64,000 bases of DNA from Candidatus Cloacimonadales bacterium (GTDB lineage Bacteria; Cloacimonadota; Cloacimonadia; Cloacimonadales; JAIOQZ01). Shown here piece by piece: positions 18,674-28,592 of the stretch; position 1 is the stretch's first letter, and every line of letters begins with the position of its first letter. The stretch is taken from NCBI GenBank assembly GCA_963674825.1, contig OY771587.1, positions 3,392,001 to 3,456,000 on the forward strand, in the 5' to 3' direction. The notes below the pieces were generated by a model. It was not told where the DNA came from. It did not search any database and saw only the letters and a program-made list of their open reading frames with translations. A program made the translations under genes and the position numbers.

Positions 18674-20601
18674 TGCAGATTACAGATCGAAGCTGGACAG
18701 AAATAGACCTTTCGGCGTATCATTGGAACATGAAGCAATTGAAGCGTTTCATCCAGCCGGGGACGCATGTCATGCAGATCGTCAAGGCGGATGCTTACGG
18801 GCATGGTGCTTATGAGATCGGCAAAGCAGCAATCGAAGAGGGCGTTGATTTCCTGGGCGTGGCAAATGCCGAAGAAGGCGCGCTGCTTCGCTACCAGGAG
18901 TTGGACATCCCGGTGCTGATCCTGTCGCCATCCTTCGAAAACGAAATCGAACTCATCCTTGAGTATAATCTTATTCCAACCGTTTCCGACATCTATTTTG
19001 CCCGAGCGCTCGACCAGGAATGCAATAGGCGTGTCCAGCCGATACACATCAACATTGACACCGGTATGGGCCGCAGCGGGATTCACTACACAGAGGCGTA
19101 CGAGATCATCCGTGAGATCTCAGCGCTTCCGAATCTTCGCATTGAAGGCGTGTTCTCGCATCTATCCAGCAGCGAAGAGGATTTGGAATATTCGAGGCGG
19201 CAATTCGAACAATTTATTGACGTCTTGCAGCAAATCCACAGCTTGATCGAACCACGGTGGGTTCACCTTTGTAACAGCGCGGCAGTGGTTAATCTGCATG
19301 ATCTGACTTACGATAAAATCTACGAGATTTTCCCTCAGTCGAATACGCTGGTGCGGCTTGGTTTGTTATCCTACGGTGTTTATCCACATCCGTCGTTCAC
19401 AGAGTGCATTGATCTCCGCCCAGTAATGACCTTTAAAACACGTATCGGACAGATCAAAAAAGCGCTGGCCGGCGAATCGATCGGGTACAATCGAACGCAC
19501 ATTGCCGAAAAGGATATGCGGTATGCAATCCTGCCAGTGGGCTACGCAGATGGATATGACTTCCTCTTCTCGAACCGTGGCCGCGTTATGATTAACGGCA
19601 ATCTCTGCCCGGTATTGGGTAAGGTCAGCATGGACATGATCGCTGTATCGCTGGAGGGGTATCCCGATGCGGAGATTGGCGATGAGGTTGTGATCCTCGG
19701 CGGTAATCTCAGAGTTGAGGACATGTCCAGTCTCTATCAGGGCAGCAGTTATGAGCTGATGTGCCAGGTGGGCCGTCGTGCAAAAAGATACTATCTCTCG
19801 GATAAGAAGGTCGTCTCGTCAGCTCCGCTGGCAAGGCGCGATTTCTTCTCGCCCGATTTCTCGGATAACCGTCTCAATCGCATCATTGAGGCATCCATCA
19901 GGCAGCGGCTCGAGAGCAAGGAGATCGCCGGTATCATCTATCAGGATGTGCTGAGCAGGTTTTTCCGCGACAAGGATCACGATATCCGTTATCGCACCGA
20001 TTTCAATCATGCAATTTCGTTCATCGAACCGGAGGATTCAGGCGAATATCTGATCACACAGACCTCGCTGACCTTCCGAAAACAGCTTCAGAACGATTAC
20101 TTCATCGTTGCCTGCGCGAATAACCCGGATTACCTGCAACGCTACTTTGAGCGAAACGACGTGGAATATCGCTGGCTGCTGGACGATTCGCTCGCGCTTG
20201 ATGAGAAACTCTTCGACGTTGTTTCACCGCGCATCAACGAAATCGAGCTGATCACGGAGAAGCGCATTACGGAAGGCTGTATCGAGATCCGATGTTATCA
20301 CCCCGAGCTGAAAGAGCTTGTTGGTGAAGAAGTCACGTTCTCCATTCCGACACGTACGTGGTACCCAAGGTTAGCGAATCAGATGTCGGTGTTTATCAAT
20401 GAACCAACGCGCGGTGTGAAGGTGCGGTTCAGTTATCCCGAATCAATCCGCAAGGTCGATCCCGTAGCGATTTTCGCCGGAAAGACGCGCTTCCCGGATA
20501 TCATTCGCGAGAACAACAGTATTTCGGTTTCAGTGCCACCAGATGAATGGGTTCTGCCCAATAGTGGCATTGTTTTCAGCTATTCCTATCCAACCCGATA
20601 G
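18673..20601 (+). CDS. alr: Alanine racemase with a ~270-aa C-terminal extension of unknown function
   Basis: IVKADAYGHG (PLP Lys), HINIDTGMGRSG, SIGYNRT (catalytic Tyr), PVGYADG, GKVSMDM; racemase homology ends near RAKRYY (~19794). Confidence 0.9.
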   Translation: MQITDRSWTEIDLSAYHWNMKQLKRFIQPGTHVMQIVKADAYGHGAYEIGKAAIEEGVDFLGVANAEEGALLRYQELDIPVLILSPSFENEIELILEYNLIPTVSDIYFARALDQECNRRVQPIHINIDTGMGRSGIHYTEAYEIIREISALPNLRIEGVFSHLSSSEEDLEYSRRQFEQFIDVLQQIHSLIEPRWVHLCNSAAVVNLHDLTYDKIYEIFPQSNTLVRLGLLSYGVYPHPSFTECIDLRPVMTFKTRIGQIKKALAGESIGYNRTHIAEKDMRYAILPVGYADGYDFLFSNRGRVMINGNLCPVLGKVSMDMIAVSLEGYPDAEIGDEVVILGGNLRVEDMSSLYQGSSYELMCQVGRRAKRYYLSDKKVVSSAPLARRDFFSPDFSDNRLNRIIEASIRQRLESKEIAGIIYQDVLSRFFRDKDHDIRYRTDFNHAISFIEPEDSGEYLITQTSLTFRKQLQNDYFIVACANNPDYLQRYFERNDVEYRWLLDDSLALDEKLFDVVSPRINEIELITEKRITEGCIEIRCYHPELKELVGEEVTFSIPTRTWYPRLANQMSVFINEPTRGVKVRFSYPESIRKVDPVAIFAGKTRFPDIIRENNSISVSVPPDEWVLPNSGIVFSYSYPTR

Positions 20602-20614
20602 CCTAGGAGTGTCT

Positions 20615-21001
20615 ATGCAAGGAGATTCACTTGAATCCATAATTGTGCTTATCGCGTCAGTATTCGTTACTGTTACGGTGGTAGTCGTGCTGATCGTCAT
20701 GAACCGTTATCGCAATAAATTTGTGGAAATGACGCCCGAAGAGACGCTCAAAATGAAGCCGCACATCTGCCCAAAATGCGGATTCAACATGACCCCCGGA
20801 TTTGCCTTTACCCAGCGTGGGCTTTATTGGCGTTTGCCGGACATGAAACCGATGGGCGCACTGATGACGCGCGGCAAACTGGTCAACAACACATATAACA
20901 TGGGTTTCGTCGGTGCTGAGAATCGTTCATGGCGGTGCGACCGTTGTCAGCTCCTTCTGCTGGATATCGGCGAGATGGTAAGAGTGAGGAAGAGGAAGTA
21001 A
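20615..21001 (+). CDS. Membrane-anchored zinc-ribbon protein (DUF6487/PF20097-like)
   Basis: AGGAG RBS; one N-terminal TM helix; CPKCG..M..G and RCDRC pairs. Confidence 0.7.
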   Translation: MQGDSLESIIVLIASVFVTVTVVVVLIVMNRYRNKFVEMTPEETLKMKPHICPKCGFNMTPGFAFTQRGLYWRLPDMKPMGALMTRGKLVNNTYNMGFVGAENRSWRCDRCQLLLLDIGEMVRVRKRK

Positions 21002-21025
21002 AAAGGCAGGTGGTGAAACCTGCCT
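21000..21025. terminator. Hairpin terminator between convergent genes
   Basis: AGGCAGGT-ggtgaa-ACCTGCCT (21004-21025); the A-run on the + strand is a T-tail for the minus-strand VOC gene. Confidence 0.7.
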
Positions 21026-21032
21026 GTGAAAT

Positions 21033-21407
21033 TCATTTCTTAGACCACAATCCGATCTTGTTACCTTCGGTATCGAGAAATAGCGCTTCGAAACCATATT
21101 CTGGCGTTATCATCGTCTTGGGGTGCACAATCTTTCCTCCGGCCGGTTCAACACGCGCAAGAACGACACTCAAATCTTCACCGCAACTCAGATGAATCCG
21201 AATGCCATTGAGTGATGGTTTGTTGTCATTACCCATGATCAAAGCCCCCGAAGCGCCCTCGTCGCCTTCTTCAGATGGGAAAAAGGCCATCGAACTATCG
21301 GCAACTTCCGTAGCGAACATTTCGAATTCAAAGATCGTTTCGTAGAATTTTCTGGCGCGATCCAGATCAATTACAGGAATCTCAAACCATACGTTCATTC
21401 CATTCAT
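21033..21407 (-). CDS. VOC/glyoxalase family protein
   Basis: WFEIPVIDLDRARKFYE...GGKIV.PK..I...G..A.F.DTEGN.IGL; start at 21407 after GGAGG. Confidence 0.92.
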   Translation of the reverse strand: MNGMNVWFEIPVIDLDRARKFYETIFEFEMFATEVADSSMAFFPSEEGDEGASGALIMGNDNKPSLNGIRIHLSCGEDLSVVLARVEPAGGKIVHPKTMITPEYGFEALFLDTEGNKIGLWSKK

Positions 21408-21435
21408 GCTTTCCTCCAATGCACTTTGTGGTTGG

Positions 21436-22800
21436 CTAGTTCCGATTGTCGAACTGCCAGCTAAGCTTGTTTTCAACTTTGAACGTGAATTTTTTCAGGA
21501 AGCCAATTGCCGACTGCGGCTGGTATCCATCCGGAATCGACACTGTGTCGAGAGAATCGATCCATCCGTTCGTCGTCAGCGACTTTTCGATATCTTGCGA
21601 GATAAAGTAAACTGTCCTGTCATCGGTTGAGAGCTCATCGGCTGATCCAAACCGAACAGAATTGGCAGTAGATTTTCTTAGCTCATCCCGGACACCTAGC
21701 CAGTATGCGCTCGTTGAGTCGGCGAGAATGATGAAGCGATTGCCGGGCGCAAAGATATCCAGAATGCGCATATCGACATGCTTGAAATCAACCGGATAAC
21801 GTCCGGAGAAATCGACGCCCTCGGTGAACGAGCAGGACGAGCAGGCGCTGTTATTTTCGCCGTACTCGGATTCATCCGGGCATTGACGATAGATAGCCAC
21901 CATGTAGCTCATCATTTCACCGATATCGTAACCGGGTTCGACCGCGAAGTAGTCGAGGTTCGAAAACGCGGTGGAATCGGCATCGATCAGCGTAACATCC
22001 ACGAAGTATAGGCTTGATGCTTTCTTGGAGATAGCTTCTTCCGTCTTGTGAACAATCATTTCTACATCATCGCCCTTACGCGCTTCAAGCGAATCCCGCA
22101 GCTCTCCGAAGTAGGGAAGATTCGCCTCGGAAGAGATCACGCTGAGGTGTTTACCAGGAGCAAATGCACTGGGATCGACGTTGCCAGTGAAAAAGCCGTA
22201 GAGCATGAACAGGCCCTTGCCGATGAACCAGATACCGATCAGCACGGATGCGACCTGCGCGATCGACTTCATCTGCCGGATGCGGGTGAGGAAGTTCGCG
22301 AACGCCAGCGGAATCAGGAACAGAGAGGTCCCGAAGAAAAAGCCGAGAAATAACAGCATCCCGCTGAGCGGACCTGCCAGATTCAGGGCGTTGGAGAGCG
22401 CGATCAGGAACGCCGGACAGAAGTTGATGCCGGTCAGAATTCCCAGTACAAAGGCACTGCGCGTCATGGCCGCGTATTTGGGTACGGCGCATTTCTTGTG
22501 CTCGTTACGGGTACGTATTGCGGAAAAGATCAAGTAGATCGACAGCAGGATATATGCGATGGCGGTAAAGAGGTCGCGGTTTACCTGGTTGATCTGAGCG
22601 CCCAGAAATCCTGCGATTGCGCCGAATGTAATGTAAGAGAAAAAACGACCCGCCGAGATTTCCATGATCGCGACAAAGCTCTTCCAAAGCTTTCGGTCGC
22701 TGCTCAGAAGGTAGGGGAGATAGATAGGCGTGCAGGTAGAGAGGCAGACAACACCAGTCGCCAATCCCAGCGAGAAGCCCTCGGTAAGTGATTGTATCAT
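21436..22800 (-). CDS. TauE/DsbD_2-like (CcdA-like) membrane protein with a duplicated soluble C-terminal domain
   Basis: N-terminal GLATGVVCLSTC, GRFFSY, GINFCPAF, FFFGT (about 6 TM); ~250-aa tail containing two FAPG-initiated repeats. Confidence 0.75.
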   Translation of the reverse strand: MIQSLTEGFSLGLATGVVCLSTCTPIYLPYLLSSDRKLWKSFVAIMEISAGRFFSYITFGAIAGFLGAQINQVNRDLFTAIAYILLSIYLIFSAIRTRNEHKKCAVPKYAAMTRSAFVLGILTGINFCPAFLIALSNALNLAGPLSGMLLFLGFFFGTSLFLIPLAFANFLTRIRQMKSIAQVASVLIGIWFIGKGLFMLYGFFTGNVDPSAFAPGKHLSVISSEANLPYFGELRDSLEARKGDDVEMIVHKTEEAISKKASSLYFVDVTLIDADSTAFSNLDYFAVEPGYDIGEMMSYMVAIYRQCPDESEYGENNSACSSCSFTEGVDFSGRYPVDFKHVDMRILDIFAPGNRFIILADSTSAYWLGVRDELRKSTANSVRFGSADELSTDDRTVYFISQDIEKSLTTNGWIDSLDTVSIPDGYQPQSAIGFLKKFTFKVENKLSWQFDNRN

Positions 22801-22915
22801 GCTCTATCCTTTTCGAAGTCAATTCATTTTTACTATTGAATCATAATGTAATGGGGTATATGAATTGGTCAATGAGAAATCGCGAGGCATTATATTGGTA
22901 GCGACAGAAGGTAAA

Positions 22916-22949
22916 AGAAAACCCCTCAATGGCGAACCATCGAGGGGGT
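22916..22949 (-). terminator. Intrinsic terminator after the large beta-helix gene
   Basis: ACCCCTC-AATGG-cgaa-CCAT-CGAGGGGGT stem, with TTTTCTTTT following on the minus strand. Confidence 0.75.
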
Positions 22950-22969
22950 GTATTATTATCGTTTTGTTG

Positions 22970-25900
22970 CTATCTTCTGGTGCGTGCTGAGGTAGTCGCG
23001 GTGATCTTGAAGTAGTGATAACCACTCGCGATCGGAATCTGCACGGATGTACCGGTGACGGTCTGGGTTGCCCAGCCGTCTGCAGTAGGAGCCGTGTTCA
23101 TATAAACACGGTACGCACCAGCGCCTGTGACAGCATCCCAACTGATATTGATCATGCCGTTTGCATCGTCGACGGAGAGAACAACGTTTTGCGGTGAATC
23201 GAGGCCAAGGATGGTATATTCCCAGCACCCACGGTCAGGATCGGTACGCAGGGTACCATCGATGTCGTACTCGATGCCGTCGAATGTGACGCCGCTGTCA
23301 ATGGCATTGGAACCTTCCACCGTGTAGTAACCTTCGCCAAGGCCCGGATCCATAAGCAGAGTCGTAACGTCGCCGGTTGCATCCTGATATCCACTGATCG
23401 TAGTGATATCGGTTCCGTCGATGCGTGCAAAAGCGCCATCGCTGTGGGTGAGGTTGTGATGAATCTCAGCCACGTCACTCATGTTATTGAGTTCAACTGG
23501 CGCGATCATACCGCCCTTGACGATGTTGTTTACCCAGACAAGTCCAGGGCAGCCGTATAGCTGCTGGAATCCGACACTATTACCGTAGGTTGTGTTCATG
23601 CGGAGGGTGTTGAAGACAACGTTCGCGTTGACAGTATCCTGGAGACGGAGCGCGCAGCTTGTGGTACCGCTCATCTCGATGTAATTGTTGTAGATCATCT
23701 GTTCGTGCTCGGTGTTCAGGATGTCATCGAGCAGGATACCAATGCTGCCGGTGGAATATACGACATTGTTCGCGATTTCCAATTGATCCGAATCTTCGAT
23801 GTGCATGCCGTAACCGCGGCAGCCATTGAGGTGATTGTTCATTACTGCGCTATCGAGCCAGTAGTAACCCTTGATGCCCATATAGACATTGTTCATGGTG
23901 TTATTGATCAGCTCTACACCAGAATTAATAACTGTGCTTCCATTCGTTCCGTAGATGAATATGCCATATCCCATATTGGTGATATCACAGTTCTGCACGG
24001 TGATGCCATCGAACGGGAATTCATAACCATAAACTCCGGAGCAGTACTGGGAGGTTTGATTAGGCGTCTCGGTACTGAAGGAACAATCGTTGATAACCGC
24101 GTCCTGGGTATAGCGTTCAAAGACTACGCCGTTTGCGTAACTGCTATTCAACGACTCGAAATCGAAGCCGTCGAGTGTGAGGTTGTAGCAGTTGAACAGG
24201 TTGATTCCCCAGTTATCATCGTTTCCGGTGGGATTGCTCTGGAAGACGACTTCACCCTGGTTCTGACGGACGATTGAGAGCGATGCATTGATCATGTTGG
24301 GGATGTAACGTATCTGAACTGGATCGTATGTGCCAGATGCAACATATAGCGTCACATTTCCGGCAATACCACGAATCCTCAGATCGTCGATCGCTTCATT
24401 CAGCGTTGCATACGAACCACCGGTTCCGACGATCGTGCTTGAATAGACAACATCCCCACCATCAGGAATGACGGTCGCGCCAGGACATGGATCGTTACCG
24501 AACGGATTCCCGTCGATGTCGTACGGATGCGATATGCTTATACCCCTCTCACGCAGCCAGGAGCACTGCGCGTAGCCGTTTTCGTCCGGGATCGGGTCTG
24601 CGTACTGTCCTTCGATCTCGCCCATTTGGGTGTACATGAAAGCATAGGGTTCGTAGTACTGGTTGTCGATCTTGCCGAGGTATTTTCCGCTGGCATAGCA
24701 GGTGTTACCCATCCAGGTAACTTCCATACAACTCGTGACAGTCGCGGCGTAACCTTTGGCGGGTGACGACAGGATGTTGTTGATTATATAGCTGTTATCG
24801 CTGTTATAGAGCGAGAGAGCACTACCGTAATCGGCATACGACTTGTTATCGATCACGATTGTGTTATGCGTTGCAGAAACGCCGTCCGAATAACCGATGT
24901 AGAGCCCGGTCAATGACTGGCAACTGCAATCCGTTACATTGATGATGTTGTTGTAGAATTTGGCATCGTTGCCTTCTGCGACATCGATGTTATTGAGGTT
25001 CACAAATGAAGCGCTGGCGCTTGAATTGGAATAGCCCGAAGCGAATATCCGGTTGTTGTGAACATCGATGTTACCTGTAGAATAGGCGATGAAGATGGGC
25101 GCAAAACTCTGATTGAATATGCTTCCTGCGATCTCGATGTTATCGACTTCGAGCAGGTAGAGTGGTCCAGACATCCCGCTGAACTGACAACTGTTGATCG
25201 TCACGTTCTGGTAGTGGTTGCTGTCGTAGTTCGCCCCCGGGAGATACACGCCATAGGCACCGCCCTGGAAGAAGCAGTTGTCGATGGTGAGTCCGTCGCC
25301 CAAACCCTGTATCGAACTGATCGCAAAGCAATAGGTCGGCAGGTTGAACGAGCAATCCACAATGTTGATGTTCTCGCAACGACCGCTGATGGCGACCTGC
25401 TGAGAATTGGGAGAGGAGCTCAGCGTCGAGAATGCCAATCCATCGAGCGTGAGGTTATCGACCGCCTTGAGCAGGAAGAAGAAGTTATCGTTCTGATATG
25501 GATTGATCGGATCGAGTTCGAAGTTCGTTCCCGACTCGGCGGTGATGGTGACGGTGTGTGAGTCGCCGGTGCGCGGGTAGTCGCGAATCACGTGATAGCC
25601 CTGATAAGTCCCGGCTGTGATTGTTGCGGTGACATCACCGTCAATACCGAGGAACTCCAGATCGGCCACAAAGTCGTCGATCGTTTCGTAGTCGCCGGAT
25701 TCGCCGATGGTGTAGTTGCCGGACATGTGGGTGACTATGCCGGCTCCGGTGTGCTGATCCGCGCCGATATCAAATGAGAAGAAGCGCAGATCTCCGTCCA
25801 TGTCCTCGGTGATCTGAGTGCTAAAGATACCAATGTCACGCAGCCAGGGACTCTGGGTGTGCAAGTCGTCGGTCAGGTGCGGATTGATCGCAATGGAGTG

Positions 25901-28336
25901 CTGGTTCTGGCCGGGAACACCGTTTTGAAGCGCTGTTAAATTTTCATAAACGGTTCCGAGTCTCGCCAGGTAGTTCGATTCGGAGTAGTAGCAGTTATAG
26001 TCGATAATATGGTTTTCCGATGGTGTGTAGTAGGTTATATCGAGCGCATAGCCGTCGATGGAGACCAGAATGTTGTTGATGAAATCGAACTCCATCGTAC
26101 CGGAGTTATAAAAGTTAGCAGCAGTGCTGTTCGCTCCATCAACCCATACAGAGTTGTTGATGATATTGTAACCATTCCCTCCGAATGTCATGCCCTGATG
26201 GCTTGTTGCACCGGTGAGCATGATGACGTTGTTGGCGACCAGGTTGCGCTCTTCGCCAAGCTCCATGTTGTATAGGGCGAAACCATTGCCATTGGTACCA
26301 TCGACGAATACGCGGTTGCGCAGAACTTCAAGATCGCTACCGCCGTTGGTCATTACAGCCCAGTACGTGATGCCGTTGAAATCGTTGTTGTACACGTATG
26401 AGTTCGTGGTTAAGTAGAGTTCCACCCCATTGTAGTGCTGGGTGAAGCTATTGTTCGTGATCGTGATCTCATCGCCACAAAGCTTCATCGCTTCACTATT
26501 TCCAATGAACGTACAGTTATCGAAATTGATATTCTTTACATACGTGTATTCATATGCCTTCACCGAGAAACGGTAGTAGGACGAACTCGGCTGGATCGGC
26601 GCTGTGAAGGAGCAGTTCTCGAACGAGATGAATCCATTGAAGCCGGGCATATCTACCAGGTTGCCGTAGCTTGTCGCCTCGGTTTCGAAGTTGATGTTTT
26701 GGAAGGTGATGTATTTGCAGCGCTGCATCTGGAGGACGTAGTTGTTACTCGCTTCCTGTGAGGAGAACTTGATCGTGACGCTGTCGCGGGTTGCCGGGCG
26801 GATTGTCATCCGGTGATCCCAGCCGATGCCGGGAATATGGTGCCAGGTAAACTGTTCTTCGTAAACCGCATCGGTAAGCTGAGCGGTTACAGGGCCGTTC
26901 ATGCCGCGAAACGCGGATTGATAGGCGAAATCCGCGAGTGTGGCGAAGTCTCCGCCGTTACCGACGGTGACGGTGCCGTTCAAAGGAGTCATCGCGGGGC
27001 TGGATGTGTATTCGTAAGCGCCGATATCGGGTGCGATGGCGTCACGTGTTTGCCCGTTGATGTCGACGGTTATACCGACCGGCACTCCCTGGTGATCCAG
27101 TTGCGGCGATGCGGTTACAAGGAAATCGTTGGCGAAGAACGGATTGACATTGCAGTTCGGGAGACCGCTCACCGCAGCGTAATCGTCAAGCTCATAATAG
27201 TAGGTGTTCATGACTTTGCACACATACTGTGATGCAGAATAGATATTGTTGTTTTGGATGATGTTGATATCGTCCTCCGATGGATCGATGTGATACGCGT
27301 ACATTCCATAGCCCCCGCCCAGCGATACGAACTGGTTGTTTTTCACGCTGTTGTTCGTTCCGGAAATCGCCGCCGCTTGCGAGCCGGTGTGGGTCGATGT
27401 GTTCAGGACGGAATTGTAGTAGGCTACCGAGTTTTCGCAGTTGTTGAGAATCAGCCCACTCGCTTCCGATCCGTAGCTGTTATAATACCAATTGTACCCA
27501 TTCACGTCGATAACGTTGTTATAAACCGCGGATTGCTCGCAATAGCTGAGATAGACGCCGATACCCCAGGCATAAATGTAGTTGTTGCGGACCGTCACGT
27601 AGTCCGATGCCGAGATCGATATCGCCTGATTTACATCTTCCATGATTTCGTCTCTGATAATGACATCGTGGCACTGCTTCAGCGAGATACCCCAGTATGT
27701 CGGGCCATAGTGGTGGTTGTTGATGATGCTTAGATTGTTAAAACTTGCCAGGGAGCTTGTTGCGTTCACGTAGATATGAGCGTTACCGTTGTAGAATGTG
27801 TTGTCAGAGATCGATACATTGTCGGAGGATGAGTTGGCGTTCATTCCAGTTATATAGATCGCCTCATGGTAACTCGCATTGATGTTTTCTTCATAGTCGA
27901 AAACACAATTTGTACATGAAAAGCCATCGGATTCGCCCGAGATGTAAAGACTACGAGCATATGTCCCCGTGGGCTGGAAGGTAAGCCCGTCGATTGTCAG
28001 ATTTACACTATCGTTGACCTTCATGATGCTGTGGTTATCGCTGTTGGCGTTCGGATTGGTCATGATGACTTCCGAGGCATCGTTGCTACCGGATGTGATG
28101 GTCAGTGCATATACACCATTCTGGATGTCATAGACTTCGAATGGCCCGGGATAGGTACCGGGATTCAGATCGAACACCACATCGGATGTCATCTGAGATG
28201 GTACAAGCGCGTCAAGCGCGTCGTTCAATGTTTCAAAATCTGCGCCAGTTCCGCCGACTGTGTAGGTTCCACCCATGGGATCGGCGAAAAGGAAAGCTGT
28301 GATGAGAAGCAGAATACTGGCAAGTAAGTACTTCAT
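22970..28336 (-). CDS. Large secreted right-handed beta-helix repeat protein (four ~420-aa modules) with a C-terminal FN3-like domain
   Basis: Signal peptide; modules begin YTVG/VTVG/YTIG/TIVG and end PDIGAYEY/FDIGADQH/PCPGATVI/PDRGCWEY; Asn-ladder PbH1 strands; C-terminal LDSPQNV...ISWDAVTGAGAYRVY. Confidence 0.85.
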   Translation of the reverse strand: MKYLLASILLLITAFLFADPMGGTYTVGGTGADFETLNDALDALVPSQMTSDVVFDLNPGTYPGPFEVYDIQNGVYALTITSGSNDASEVIMTNPNANSDNHSIMKVNDSVNLTIDGLTFQPTGTYARSLYISGESDGFSCTNCVFDYEENINASYHEAIYITGMNANSSSDNVSISDNTFYNGNAHIYVNATSSLASFNNLSIINNHHYGPTYWGISLKQCHDVIIRDEIMEDVNQAISISASDYVTVRNNYIYAWGIGVYLSYCEQSAVYNNVIDVNGYNWYYNSYGSEASGLILNNCENSVAYYNSVLNTSTHTGSQAAAISGTNNSVKNNQFVSLGGGYGMYAYHIDPSEDDINIIQNNNIYSASQYVCKVMNTYYYELDDYAAVSGLPNCNVNPFFANDFLVTASPQLDHQGVPVGITVDINGQTRDAIAPDIGAYEYTSSPAMTPLNGTVTVGNGGDFATLADFAYQSAFRGMNGPVTAQLTDAVYEEQFTWHHIPGIGWDHRMTIRPATRDSVTIKFSSQEASNNYVLQMQRCKYITFQNINFETEATSYGNLVDMPGFNGFISFENCSFTAPIQPSSSYYRFSVKAYEYTYVKNINFDNCTFIGNSEAMKLCGDEITITNNSFTQHYNGVELYLTTNSYVYNNDFNGITYWAVMTNGGSDLEVLRNRVFVDGTNGNGFALYNMELGEERNLVANNVIMLTGATSHQGMTFGGNGYNIINNSVWVDGANSTAANFYNSGTMEFDFINNILVSIDGYALDITYYTPSENHIIDYNCYYSESNYLARLGTVYENLTALQNGVPGQNQHSIAINPHLTDDLHTQSPWLRDIGIFSTQITEDMDGDLRFFSFDIGADQHTGAGIVTHMSGNYTIGESGDYETIDDFVADLEFLGIDGDVTATITAGTYQGYHVIRDYPRTGDSHTVTITAESGTNFELDPINPYQNDNFFFLLKAVDNLTLDGLAFSTLSSSPNSQQVAISGRCENINIVDCSFNLPTYCFAISSIQGLGDGLTIDNCFFQGGAYGVYLPGANYDSNHYQNVTINSCQFSGMSGPLYLLEVDNIEIAGSIFNQSFAPIFIAYSTGNIDVHNNRIFASGYSNSSASASFVNLNNIDVAEGNDAKFYNNIINVTDCSCQSLTGLYIGYSDGVSATHNTIVIDNKSYADYGSALSLYNSDNSYIINNILSSPAKGYAATVTSCMEVTWMGNTCYASGKYLGKIDNQYYEPYAFMYTQMGEIEGQYADPIPDENGYAQCSWLRERGISISHPYDIDGNPFGNDPCPGATVIPDGGDVVYSSTIVGTGGSYATLNEAIDDLRIRGIAGNVTLYVASGTYDPVQIRYIPNMINASLSIVRQNQGEVVFQSNPTGNDDNWGINLFNCYNLTLDGFDFESLNSSYANGVVFERYTQDAVINDCSFSTETPNQTSQYCSGVYGYEFPFDGITVQNCDITNMGYGIFIYGTNGSTVINSGVELINNTMNNVYMGIKGYYWLDSAVMNNHLNGCRGYGMHIEDSDQLEIANNVVYSTGSIGILLDDILNTEHEQMIYNNYIEMSGTTSCALRLQDTVNANVVFNTLRMNTTYGNSVGFQQLYGCPGLVWVNNIVKGGMIAPVELNNMSDVAEIHHNLTHSDGAFARIDGTDITTISGYQDATGDVTTLLMDPGLGEGYYTVEGSNAIDSGVTFDGIEYDIDGTLRTDPDRGCWEYTILGLDSPQNVVLSVDDANGMINISWDAVTGAGAYRVYMNTAPTADGWATQTVTGTSVQIPIASGYHYFKITATTSARTRR

Positions 28337-28592
28337 ACGAATCCTCTCTTTTTATTATTGCATATTATTTCATTTCAGGCTCTTCCTTGTAAAAAAGGCC
28401 AACCCACATTTTAAACCGTTGCTACAGGGTCAAGGATAAAAAGGCTTTTAAGCTTTTGCTGGCTTGAATAGTACTCACCTGTATGACGGTATCTTATTGC
28501 GGTCTTGGTTGTAATGGACATGCATTAGAAATGCATAAAGGAAATAGGGGCGAAGAAAAATATGAATCGTTGCACCAGGACAAACAAGCAGG

